Source: Seison nebaliae (Eukaryota). Taken from it: a stretch of DNA of 42,432 bases. Shown in pieces: positions 30,518 to 42,432 of the stretch; the first letter of the stretch is position 1, and the number at the start of each line of letters is the position of its first letter. The DNA lies in contig JALJEE010002490.1 of NCBI GenBank assembly GCA_023231475.1, forward strand, positions 1 through 42,432, read 5' to 3'. Both the position numbers and the translations under genes were made by a program. A model generated the notes under the pieces. It was not told the DNA's origin. It saw only the letters and a program-made list of their open reading frames with translations, and did no database searches.

Positions 30518-33449
30518 CTCATTCTGATGAGGAGAAATTATAATTAAAAAATCGACAAACTAATTTGGAGTTGATGAAGAAAATGAGAAAAACTGCAAAT
30601 AAAGTTCAAATATAATTCAAATAAATGATTCGATATTAATCCTCTTAATTAACTTCCTCTAACAGTTGTAAGAGGAGAGTCTAACGAATATCAAACAGAA
30701 ACTTCTTTTTCCGAAAGAGACTTTGTTGAAACTAAAAAAAAAATAAGTTTAGAAAATTAGAAAAAAATCATTTTCAAAACTCAAAAACTAACAAGAGATG
30801 TTATATATATAGAATAAAAGTTAGAGAAGAGAATGTTATTTTTACAAAGAAATTTCTTCTTCTCATAAAATCAAAAATAGTTAAGAAAAAGAACAATTTC
30901 CACCCTGTAAAAAAAAGGGGGCGAAGGAATTTCACTTGTGGAAAAAGACGAGTGTGTTCTGTGCATATCAATGAAGACATTCTTTTACATAATTTGTTTT
31001 AGTCTGATTCTTATAATTAATATGTAATATTTATTATGTAAAAGAAACTTGAAACAAATCGATTATATAAGAGAATATCATTTTTTCTCAAATAAAAAAA
31101 AAGTACTTGCTCTTTAATTTGTACCAATGTATTAACGATGATCTTTTCTTTTATTTTTTTTTCAGAAATTACCATGTACAAATTACACATTAGAAATATG
31201 TGGATGAGAAAGGAATACGTAGAGTCAATAGTATCAGTGCATGTACGCTTATAACCATATTTGAACAATCGTATCATTATTTTACTACCATATGTGTTCA
31301 TTTCATGTACCTAATTGTCTGCATATGATGAGTTTTCATTAATAACATTCATATAGTCGTGTGTATGCGTAGGAAGGGAAATGTATGAACATCCTTGAAG
31401 AACATCAAAATTAATTATTCTTATTTAAACTTTCATTTTTATATATATCACCATCATCATCGACTATTTTCATATGAATTGAACTAGCAAATCTGTCAGT
31501 GTTCTATGTCATCTAAAACATATCATTTCCATTTATTTGTTATGTAATGATATTCTTGCAATCCCTTCTGTCTCATACAGATCGTTAGTGCATTGTTGGT
31601 TAGAGGAGGAAGTGCCTCCCTTCCCCTCTACAATCCAACATTTCGATGAGAGTGCTAAGTCTCAGCTCATATGCTAGACTTCATGACAGACGCAACAATG
31701 TCAATGGAATGAAAATCCATTAAAATTTAATCATTCAATTACCTCAATACTTAATAATTCATCATGAAATACAACGAATAATTTTCATATTATTTCTCGT
31801 TTACAACTTGTGTGTAAGAAGGAGTTGTTTTATTTCTACCGCTGTTACTCCAATAAGAAAAGTTCATTTCTTTTTTTTGCACTTCATTCCATTCAAATTC
31901 AGGCAAATTCAAATTACTTACTCGAACTCGAAATTGAGTTCAAAAAATATTCTACTTACTTAACTTGACATCTCTTCATTTCGTCTAGATTGGAATGAAT
32001 TGAATTTTCTAAGTAAATTATTTTCCCATTAATCTTTTCAACTAAACTATCAATTTAGGAACACCAAACAAACTTCTTCTCATCAATATGTGATAAAACA
32101 TCAAATGTTCTCCTTTATCTTCATTCAACTACATAATATTAACATCTTATATATTCGAGACTCTATTTTAATAATGGCCTTGTCTTCTGATAATACAATG
32201 TCGTTCAATATAACAATTAATCACAAAGTCTCACCTTCTGTGGATCAATCCATTTCGTCTTTTCCTTTTTCTCATCCTCCAACCACTCCCTTAACTTCAC
32301 TACCTCAATATTCCACTCAAATTACAAGCTGCAACTAATCAAAGTGAATTAATCAAAGGAGAATTGTTATCTTAAAAAAAATCCTCGAAAATCTTCTGAA
32401 AGAAAACTCTCAATCTTCTCTTTCCTTCATTTCTCCCTCTCTCTTCATTCGTAACGAATTCCATGCGATTAAGCGTAAGTAAAATGGTTGAAAAAGAAAA
32501 GAAAATCAAACTTTTTCGTCTTGTTTTTCAAGAGAATAAATATTCAATTATTTCTTCATGATTGTTTTCAAAACATCTCCACCCAAAAAAAATCTACACG
32601 AAATCGAACAGATAAACAAATTTAAATTCTCCTTTTCTCTCTTTCTTTTTCCATTGGAATTCCTGTCAATTTTCCTCCCCTCGAAATAAAAACACAATTA
32701 CCTTGACAAAGAGCAAAAGTGACAAAACGGCTTATTAATTTCTAAATAAATTAGTTTTTTATCGATCATATTCGGACAATGCCCAAAACATGGAATTTGA
32801 TCTTGTTCCATTTATTATTGCACTCTCACTAAAAATGATAAATCAGGAAAATTCCTTTTGATTTTATGTTAAATGGATGTCTCTTTTTTTATGCCATTAA
32901 TATTTCTGCTGTTCGCATAAAAACAAGAGGGAATTGAATAACCATATTATTTCCACCATTTCCAATTTTTATTCTTTCCTCCCACACTAATATTTTTCTC
33001 CTAAACAAAATATTTACTCGAATTCAAATTTCTCTCTTGATTACAGATATCACAATCATCTATCATCCTTCAATCACGAAACATCTAGAAAAATTTCATT
33101 TATCATCATTGTTGATCATCATCAACACTAATTTAATGGAATAATAATGATTAGATCTTTTTTTAATTAAGTTTTCCCAAATAAACAACTTCAAAAAATT
33201 TTATTAACATTTCTCAAATTTTTTCTGTTTTTGATTCTAATTTCATGAACTTTGTACAAAATATTTTCATTCTTCTGAAATTAAAACTAACTAAAATTTT
33301 CCGACAGAATTTGACATTGAAAAATTGTAGAATTTTACATTACTACACACCACAACTAAAAAAGTGAAATTCATTAATTAATGTAAATTGTTGAAAGTTG
33401 AATGAAATAAATTTAATAATAAAATGGAAATATTTGAAAAAATAAAAAT

Positions 33450-34652
33450 TTATGAGTTATTCTGATCATTCTTCACATCATTACAGAATTGAGAAAATCG
33501 TTCAAGAAACGGTTTTAATAAATTCGTATCATTTACACATGATTCCATTGTTGGTGCCATAATTGGATTGAAATGATCGTCAAGTTCAATTGGTACAGAT
33601 ATTTTGTTAGTTGATGGATGAATGGAGAAAGGAGCTTTTAATAAATGATTAATTCCTTTACTCACATTCATATCGATTCGTGGATATGTATAATGAAGAA
33701 TGATTTCCATTTTTAATAATTCAAACATATTCATTTGTTTACTAATGAATTTCCAGAGATTATTCCATCGATCTTGACTGCCTTCGAATTTTTGGAAAAT
33801 GTTTTCTGTCAATTCATTTTGATTAATATTATCGGGAAGGAATTGAAGGAATTTATTCCATCTGATTTCGTCTTCTAAAATCTTCTGCTTCTTCGTCAAA
33901 TAATCTTCCACATCCGATTCTTGCATTATATTATAAATTTGTTCGACATGAAAAGGAAGTGGAAATCTGATGGAAATTCGTTTCTTTTTATTTTTCGGAA
34001 GTTGTATATATTCTACAATCGACGCTCTTATTTCACTCGACATAATTCTCGCCTTTTTATCCGATACCCAACAATGAATTCCACGACGGCCACTAAACAC
34101 CCATAGTAAATGATGGAAATCATAAACAGTTTTGAGAATATTTCCGATAATTTTCATGGCGAAATTGGCCAACCACCAACAATTCTCACAAACCGCTTTA
34201 TCCTCACAACAAAATCGAACATCGTCATAATCGGTCAAATCGATATCGATAACGAAATCTCGTTGAATTGGCACAAATAATTTATTAGATAAATTTATCA
34301 TAATATCATTAGCAAATGGTTGATTTAATGATGTATCGAATAATTCATTGTCTATAAGAATTTTAGAGGAAATATATTTCGTTGAATTCTTTCGACTCTC
34401 AACTCTCGAATGAAGTGAAGGTGGAGCGGAATAGATCGGACCAATTTCGATTCGTGTCGGTTTCAATAACTTCAACTGATTGCGAAATTCATTCGCATTT
34501 CGATAACTCTGATATCGACAGAATCGTCCATCAGTTCCTTCCTTCGAAATTACAATGCAAAATTCTCGTAAATAGAAGATGTCAGGTAAACCATATCCCA
34601 ACCAGTTGAAGAAGTCATCAACTGGAAATATTGTACTATAATATTTGTCCAT
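33450..34652 (-). CDS. PRIM1: DNA primase small (catalytic) subunit
   Basis: RDFVIDIDLTDYDDVRFCC, CENCW, WVFSGRRGIHCWV, YPRIDMNVSKGINHLLKAPFSIHP. Probable hidden 45-nt intron at 34352-34396. Confidence 0.95.
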   Translation of the reverse strand: MDKYYSTIFPVDDFFNWLGYGLPDIFYLREFCIVISKEGTDGRFCRYQSYRNANEFRNQLKLLKPTRIEIGPIYSAPPSLHSRVESRKNSTKYISSKILIDNELFDTSLNQPFANDIMINLSNKLFVPIQRDFVIDIDLTDYDDVRFCCEDKAVCENCWWLANFAMKIIGNILKTVYDFHHLLWVFSGRRGIHCWVSDKKARIMSSEIRASIVEYIQLPKNKKKRISIRFPLPFHVEQIYNIMQESDVEDYLTKKQKILEDEIRWNKFLQFLPDNINQNELTENIFQKFEGSQDRWNNLWKFISKQMNMFELLKMEIILHYTYPRIDMNVSKGINHLLKAPFSIHPSTNKISVPIELDDHFNPIMAPTMESCVNDTNLLKPFLERFSQFCNDVKNDQNNS

Positions 34653-35332
34653 TTCACTTCAACAAATCTTTTTGGGACTTAAATTTGAATTATTACCAAA
34701 ATTTTCATTCCGATATTTATTTATTTTCGATATTCTTTTTTAGAAGTTTTTATCTCTTATCTTAAGTAGATATTTTTATATTCTAAAATTACAATAAAGA
34801 ACGAAGCTGTTAAATATTATTTATTAAATTTTTTAAAAAAGATTCTTAAATATATCAGTTTGATGTTTATTTTATCATCATAACCATAATAACTATAAAA
34901 ACTTCAGGATTTTAGAGATTTCATTTTTTCCTACGATCCCACAGAATCTATGCCAATCGATCGGGAATCACTCGCGGAATTACACCGGTTGATCAACAGT
35001 GGCGAGGATCGAATTTTTTTTTACATTATTTTCTACTTTTTCCCGACGGGAATTTTAATCATAAATAATAATAATAACTGTCAAAAATAATGATACAATT
35101 AATTCTCAAAATATTAGGAATTATTAATATCTATAAATTATTATTATTATTATTATCATAATTTATTATCATGTCATCAAATGAATGTTAATTTTTTTTT
35201 CTATAAAAATATTCGTTCATAAAATTTTTTTCCTTTTAACGGTTTCAAGAATCTTATATTTATAAATATCATAATTTTGTTATTTGAAATTATTTATATA
35301 TATTATTTGTGATTTAACTATCATTATGGATA

Positions 35333-35892
35333 ATTTTTTTTTTATTAATACAACAAATCCTCGCGGGGTAAATAAAAAGGAAACGAGATAATTCATCAGA
35401 TGAGTTATTGGAAATAAGTGATTTGCCTTGATCCACATGGGTACGTAGAGAGTCAGGAATGAAGGAATCAATATTAAAGTTGTTAATCATAGAGCGGGCG
35501 GCCTCCAGAGAAGTAGGTACCGTTAATGAATAATAAAGCGAAAAGAAGTTGATAGCAGAAGAGAATATCTCACATTGATTAGAAGATGGAATCGGAAAAT
35601 CGGAAGAAGTTACAGATTCTAGTAATTTAACGTACCTAACCGCGAGAAGAAGTGGTATGGGCTTCAGCTCCGAGATAGAGAACATGAAGGCTCTGTTGAA
35701 TGGTTTACCACAACCGAGTAACATCCGTATTGTTCTGTTGTATGTTCGATCGAGAGATCGTAATGACTTATGAATTGACGATAATGAGGCAGCGAGGCCA
35801 TAGAAATCACAGCAATAAGTTATAAACAATCGAAGTTTCAGCGAAATAGGAAAGAATTTGCGACGATGAAAGAAAGAATAGAACATCCGCAA
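35333..35892 (-). mobile_element. 5'-truncated non-LTR retrotransposon (LINE) fragment, post-RT region
   Basis: LKLRLFITYCCDFYGL...LDRTYNRTIRMLLG resembles the segment after the RT domain in L2/CR1-group LINE ORF2. Higher GC than flanks; minus strand ends in AATAAA merging into an A-run near 35333-35345. Confidence 0.55.
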
Positions 35893-36155
35893 AAATGTAT
35901 AGAATCATGTGTTAAACATTCTGAATTTTCATGGTTCAACTCAATGATAAGAGAAAGACGAAAATTAATATAAGACAATTGTAATATAATAAGAAAAAGA
36001 ATAATCGACGAAAAAGTGATATTGAATGATTAAATGATAGAATAAAACGATAAATTATTTATTCAAAATATTAAAAGAAAATTTTCATTAGTTTCACAAT
36101 TGCCATGAGAATTATAACTGAACTGTAATTTCACCTTTGACAAAATCGTCTCATT

Positions 36156-36473
36156 TCAGTTCGATGCATATTGCCCTAACGCATTAGGAGTTGTCGTATA
36201 TGTATTACGCCCCTTACTACTTGTTGTAGCAGTTATTTTTATGGAAGGTGTTATAACTTTTGCAAGATTGCAATTTTTATTGCACTTCTTACCATATTCA
36301 TTTAAGCCATTACAATTCTGATCGCTCATACAGTTTTCAATTTGTCGGATATTGATGTTTAAAGATATCTTTCTATTATTGTTGATCTTATAAAATGACA
36401 TATATCGAGTATCTTCACCTCTCAATAATTTCATCATAGTGCTCCATCCAAATAATAGAAGTATCAGACGCAT
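36156..36473 (-). CDS. Possible small secreted orphan protein (105 aa)
   Basis: ATG start, short hydrophobic N-terminus, four Cys, Thr-rich tail. No recognisable family. Confidence 0.25.
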   Translation of the reverse strand: MRLILLLFGWSTMMKLLRGEDTRYMSFYKINNNRKISLNINIRQIENCMSDQNCNGLNEYGKKCNKNCNLAKVITPSIKITATTSSKGRNTYTTTPNALGQYASN

Positions 36474-36864
36474 TCTTTATTCGCTGATGAATTTTAGAAA
36501 ACTGAAATTAAGAAAAGTAAATTATTTCGTTTATCTAAAAACAGACTTTTTGGATAAATTTAATAGTAAATCTCGTACTAATGAACATCATGATTTATCA
36601 ACAGACATATTGTATCATATCGTCTATAGAGCAATAATTTATAGTTAGGTCAATATTGGGATAATATTAAAAGTGCATAATTATTCAGTAAAAAAGTTCA
36701 ATCTATTCCTCCTCATTATAGTCATTTACGTAGGTGGTTGGAGATTTTGCACAAATACAGATCTAAATAAATTCCAATTCTTTTACAGTGAGTTTTTTAC
36801 ATGATGATGCAATAACATAATCTCATAAATTTATTTTCATTTATAATTGAATGCTTAGAAAAAA

Positions 36865-39026
36865 TCAGTCAGTTTTTTTCTCATCTTTCCATTTGAACAT
36901 TCTTTCAAGTGTTTTCGAATATCTTGGTGCGACCTTTAAAATGAGATTTAACATTTGTTTAAAAATAATTTAAATGAGAACTTTTGATACGATAGATAAT
37001 AATTTGGCATCTTTACTTTCAGCGCTGTCTGTCTTTTGGAATAAAGGTTTGATCGTCGGATTTTGTTCATCTTTATATAAATCTTTCAAATGACGTACAA
37101 GAGACTAGAAAATGGAATGTAATCAAAGAAAGTTTAAAAAAGAAGAATGTGAACGATTTGACTATTATCTTCAACTCGTTTAATTTGTTTCTTGACAATT
37201 TTATTCGCTCTCTTTTTCAATAAACGATCGACTTCCGGATAATCTCGTAACACTTCATGAAGATCACTCTTGTGAAGAATGAACAATGCGGAATATCCTT
37301 TCGATATGACATCGGCTGTTCGTCGATTACTATTACCAATCGCCAATAAACTAATTTCACCGAATACACTTCCCTTTCTCAAAGTTGCTACAACTTTCCC
37401 ATTTACTCGAACAATCAATTCACCACTATTCACTATATACATTTCTTTCCCAACTTCTCCACATCGACAAATGTAGTCACCAGGTAGACAGAGCATTGAT
37501 TTCAATTTCAAAACTAAATTATATAAAACATTCTTCTCACAATTCTAAAATAATTTATTAAATCGATCGAAGAATAAATAAAGTAAAACTTGGAATAAAT
37601 TTACTTTTCTTAACGTTTCATAATGGACATAAATTGCCACGTCAGTTTGAATTCGAGCCGGTAGAAATTGTAGAACTTCATCTTCATCTATCGGAAGAAT
37701 TAAAAATTCAGATGAATTCCAAGTAAAAATAATTCCCACCGATTAAATCACCAACCTAAAGTCTTACACTTTTCCCAATTATACAAATACCAATCTCTCA
37801 CTTTATTTAACAATTTATCGGGCACTTGCAACATTTTTAAATAAGACAATGAGAGATCAAGTGCTCGATGGAACGCCATTTTATTAGCACGGGCTGATTG
37901 TATAATATCTTTCATTTGACCGATGAGAAAAGCGAAGACAAACACACTGACGAGCCACGCACTCGTCATAAATAAGTATTCACCACTATTCGTTGGTCGT
38001 GGATTGTTGCCGATTGACGTGGCCAATTTGGCACATAAATAAAATGAGACGACATAATGATTCGTATTGATATATTTCGTTGCATTCAAATACCAATTAT
38101 TCTCGATTCCTTTCGCTTTCTGAATAGGAATCACCGTTTTCTCCTCGTACAATGAGAAGACGTAATAAATACAACTCTCACAATGAATAAGGAAGATCAT
38201 ATATTGGAATGTTTCCAACATTCTAATTTTCAAATCATAATTTGCATTTTAATTAAATAATAATAATAATTAATTAATCTATTTATATATCGAAGAGAAA
38301 AATAAGAAACCTTAAAAAATGATTCCATCGTTTGACATGTTGATCTAATCTCATGAAAAATTCCACGAACGATCCCAATTTCAAAAAACGGTTCAATCTC
38401 AATAAAATCGCATATCGTAAATATGGAATTAGATAAAGTAGATCGATCGGTACACAACTGAGAACATCGATCTTGAAATAGCCACTATGAATATATTCAT
38501 ATCGTAGTCGTTTCGTATCTTTTATCTCCAATCCATCTTCAATGTAACTCTTTCTCATTTTCACGAAAATCATATCCATCAAATAAATGAAATCGCATAA
38601 AATGTCCATGCCAATCCATATTAGTCGATTCTCATCATTCCATACATATGAGAATGAGTATCTGAATGTGATGGTATAACATTGGAACATGTAAGCCAAA
38701 CTGACAAGAAACAACCAAAGTAGATATGGAATATTTTGAGGATCGATCGCAGAAATAAATAAATTGAAAAAGATCACACGAAAATAATTTCCTTTTACAC
38801 TCACCAATTGAGCGGAATTACTTTCGTCGTCATTCAATTCATTCAAATTATGATCGATTTTATCGCCGATCGATTCATCTGAATCTGATTCACCATCTGA
38901 CTGATATTGGACTAATGATTTAACGAATTGTTGCCGTTCTTGTAATTGATCAGCTATCGAACTTAAACGAGAACGAACAAACGACGAACGTTTACTCTCC
39001 AAATTGAACGTAGTCGACGACGACAT
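36865..39026 (-). CDS. Cyclic nucleotide-gated channel beta subunit (CNGB/TAX-2-like)
   Basis: S4 LLRLNRFLK, pore LATSIGNNPRP, FVFAFLIGQMKDII, CNBD GSVFGEISLLAIGNSNRRTADV. Introns 38223-38310, 37688-37755, 37545-37589, 37105-37154, 36934-36981. Confidence 0.88.
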
Positions 39027-39887
39027 AATAGTTCGAGAAGAAAAATATTATTAGATAATTTCCATTTTGAGCATAATGTTTTTCCGAATGAGAATCATCT
39101 TCTGAGAGAAATCGATAAGAAAATGCCATTTATTCTTATTCTTTTATTCACCGAATAATTCTATTTCTCTAAAATGTTAGTTTATCTTTAAAAAATATGC
39201 ACAATTCTTTTCGCTAAAGAAAAACTAATTAACTTATTTTCCATATTTCCCCATATAGAAGAATTTATTTACTTACAATTAATATATATAATAATTGATA
39301 TATCGTCACTTTATTGGCATGAATTAGATCATATCTTTATTATAAACATAAAACATTGTATATTTTCTACTTGTCTCTCTCGAACGCTAAATAATTACTT
39401 CGTAATGTCTTCCGAACTTTTCACACCGTTGTATATTTATCCTTCATACGTCCACCTACTCATTCCATCCATCATATTCTTGATACTTGTCCTTAATTAA
39501 TATCTTTTCGTTTCGTTTTATGTTACTGTCGAATGGATTATCATTTTTCGTTTTGAGAAAAAAATTCTTTTATCTCTAACATGAGCTAACTCATGTAACT
39601 TTATTTTTTTCAAAATAATTAATTTCTCTCATCTTTTATAACAATCTTTGGTGTAACTGCTACGTGAAGTTTAATTCCCATCTGAAAACGGTAGCAATAT
39701 CCTAAGAATAAATGATACATCTTAACTATTTTGTAATCCTAAATCGTCGTATTTAAAATTTGGTTTATTGGTTAAAAGATCTTACCAATAAACGATCAAG
39801 GTTTTTCTACAACTCTAAATTATCAAGCGTATAACTAAAGAACCATAAAATTTACAAATTTTAGTATGCACACATGAGGGTTCGATT

Positions 39888-40065
39888 GGACAGTTCCACT
39901 TCTTTTTTAAAACTCCTTTGGACAATTCTACTCCTTTTTTTACACTTCGATGGACACTTCTACTTCTTTTTAAGAAATTTTGGACAGTTCTACTCCTTTT
40001 CTTAAAAATATCAACAGTTCTACATCCTATTTGGAAATTATACGGACAGTTCTACCCCTTTTCTT
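39888..40065 (-). repeat. Second, inverted copy of the ~31-bp array (GGACAGTTCTACTYCTTTT x6)
   Basis: Units start at 39888, 39920, 39952, 39982, 40012 and 40044. Followed by the perfect palindrome CGAACTGCAGTTCG at 40074-40087. Confidence 0.85.
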
Positions 40066-40160
40066 GAAAATACCGAACTGCAGTTCGTTAAAAATAATAA
40101 ACAACTCGGAACATTAGTGTAATTAATTTGTTCGAATATTTAATGAAACATTGAAATTAA

Positions 40161-41327
40161 TTATTTTAATTTTAGTAGTTTAATTAAATAAAATGATTTG
40201 TACGCAGCTAATGTGGATGCGGCTAAACCACTTTCGTGTGCTTCACAATTATGTTCCATATCGAATAAAGTATTCCGACGTCGGCGACTCAAATAACTAT
40301 TGTAACATCCAAATTCATTCTGCCAAGATATAATCAAATTGAATCGTTCAACGGTGAAAGCGTTGATTACTCCATTTATTCCGGATAATGTTACTAGAAT
40401 TATATGAAGAAAATGAAAATGTTAATTGAAATTTTTTGAAAATTAAAAATAAACATTCTTCCAGAAAAATATCATGATAGCCATCAGCAACTGTTCCGTT
40501 TTCATTTAGACGATTCAAATCCTTCAGAAAGCCATGTCCAGCTTTTTCCATTTTTTCTTTTAAATATTCTTCTGTAAATTCTTCTTTCGAACAATTCGAT
40601 CGTTGCATGAATAGGAAATAGAGGAAGGAATGAGTGAGAATGTAATTCTCTTGAGATAATCCTTTATTCATATAATCTAAACATTTCTCCAATTCTTCAC
40701 ATCTAATTCAAATAAGATTAGAAACATGGAAATCTTTTTTAAAATCTTTTCGAGGAACTTTCCACGAATGTCTTGAAAACATAAATCGCCAAACTGCTCA
40801 TCATATTCGAATCCTTCATTTAAGTCATTCGCTAATTTTTCATCCGTATCATAAGTTCGAAATGGTAAAATATTCTTCTCGAAATTCTGGTTGTCCTTCA
40901 ACACATAAGAGAATTGATGGAAATAATGAGTATCATCTTTCATTTCTGTTACTTTTCCCATTATATTGTGAATTCGTTCAATTTGTATTAATTGATTCGT
41001 TAAGATTTCTTTCTGTAAGAAATCTCGATAATCATCATCCAAATTATTCACCTCATTCTTCATTATACGATCTGTCAATAATTCGCTGGATAGGAGAAGA
41101 AAATCTCGAGCCACCTTAAATCCGAATGTGCCATCGAGATTTAACGTCTCAATCGAATGTTCATAATGGTCAATAAGTTTATTTAGACTTTTGTCACTTC
41201 GTTCGATAATCGACAGAATTACCGTTTTATTATAATTGGTCCGTTTATTTATTAAACGAACTGGTAAAAATTGGGAAGTGAATGTTAACAAACAGAACAG
41301 ACTGGTAATTGAAAGAATATTTCTCAT
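40161..41327 (-). CDS. UPF0764 / C16orf89-like secreted protein
   Basis: Signal-like MRNILSITSLFCLL, LNLDGTFG, YILTHSFLYFL, DIFLEE, ISWQNEFGCY, CEAHESGLAASTL. Introns 40703-40758 and 40394-40454. Confidence 0.65.
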
Positions 41328-42432
41328 CACATCAACATTAATGGAATTCTTTTTGAAAGAGAGATGATTCAATAAACGATCAGTGAACAAAAGTTACAAT
41401 AAAGAACATTAAAGTAGAAAAATTACCTAAATTTAAGTATTGTGACGTAATTGTTCGATCATCAAACTGGTTCTTTCTTCCATCATTATTTTTTCTTTTC
41501 ATGTACGTATAACCAACATCAATAACATATTAACTCGCTGAATAAAAAATTCGAAAAATATTTGTCCAACCTTCATTTATGGAACTATTCAATATCTTCA
41601 TTGTTTTATTGTCGCAGTTGAATAAAAATTATGAAAGGATGACTCTTCATTCAACCAAAAAAGTATTTCTGAAACTTATTCTCACATATTAAAATTCTAT
41701 CAACTATAGTTGAAAAGAGAAAAAATTTGGGGATTCGATAATTGGAATGATAATTAAAATAAGAAATATTATTAATCCTGTCAGGTTTATTCTCAACATG
41801 TTATACATTACGATTAAAACATTGTAATGAAGAATCATGTTAGTGTGAAATTAGTTGAAGAGAAACAGAAATTATCCTTTTTTAGAACATCTTATCGGCA
41901 GTCTAGGAATATGGTTACCTACAATTTTAAAAATTAAAAGTTCTTGATCAAAAAAGTTAAATCAGATTTTAGCAAAGTTTCTAATGTTTAGAAATAGTTC
42001 TAATAATTTATCTTCAATTCGGATGATTGTTCATTTACGATTCCTTCATATGGGAAATAATTAATTTTTTATCGAACTTTTAGTTTATTTTAATACCTAA
42101 TTCACAGACAAAGTTAGTATTCTGGATGTAGAGAATAAAAACACATTAATTTTAATTAGGGAAATCAAATATAATGAAGTAAGAATTATTATAATTAAAA
42201 ATAATTGAAATTACATATAATGTGAATACTTAAATCGACTTACGAACTAGTCAAATTAAGTAAAATGTTAAATGATATATTAATCTGTAACCGAGAATCT
42301 AGGAAAAAAAGGCGCCCAGCTTGATTTTTTTAGAAAAACGGAAAAAAGGGCGCCTGTTTTGTACTACAACTGTCCGTTTAAAGTAGATATTTAATAAGAA
42401 GTATACGTATTTATGCTTAATATCAGAATAGA

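Noticed and set aside
34985..35010. U1 snRNA resemblance (GATCAAC...GGCGAGG)
   Set aside because: No U1 5' end, no ATTGCAC loop II and wrong spacing.
38799..38804. Canonical GTGAGT donor-like site in CNGB exon 1
   Set aside because: No AG acceptor before the conserved AIDPQ/S1 segment and the frame is open, so it appears to be exonic and unused.
39888..40065. CRISPR array interpretation of the repeat/spacer arrays (also 3571-3810)
   Set aside because: Animal nuclear context, no cas genes, degenerate repeats and spacers of only ~12 bp.

Overview
AT-rich, very gene-dense animal nuclear DNA (collagen IV, a CNG channel, an ADAD-type protein; standard genetic code) with tiny spliceosomal introns, mostly 42-59 nt (range about 38-88). 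My organism guess, by inference only, is a compact-genome spiralian such as a seisonid rotifer. Gene order: ADAD-like(+), NDUFS5(+), a 41-aa Cys-rich microprotein missed by the ORF track(+), WARS2(-), SLC16/MCT(-), PHKG(+), GBA1(+), FARS2(-), TACO1(-), TFIP11(-), COL4A2-like(-), SIK-like kinase(-), PRIM1(-), a LINE fragment, CNG beta(-), C16orf89/UPF0764-like(-). The main signal is the splicing code: all 46 introns I reconstructed by hand start GT-pyrimidine (42 GTT, 4 GTC). None clearly starts with canonical GTA/GTG (one FARS2 junction is ambiguous), and 13 of 46 end in AAG. Other points: an operon-like TFIP11-TACO1-FARS2 run with a 34-bp spacer ending in a pyrimidine tract and AG directly before ATG; a collagen IV NC1 lacking both sulfilimine residues; a catalytically dead ADAR-family protein; and two inverted copies of a ~31-bp-period repeat array. 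All gene models are manual and have no transcript support.
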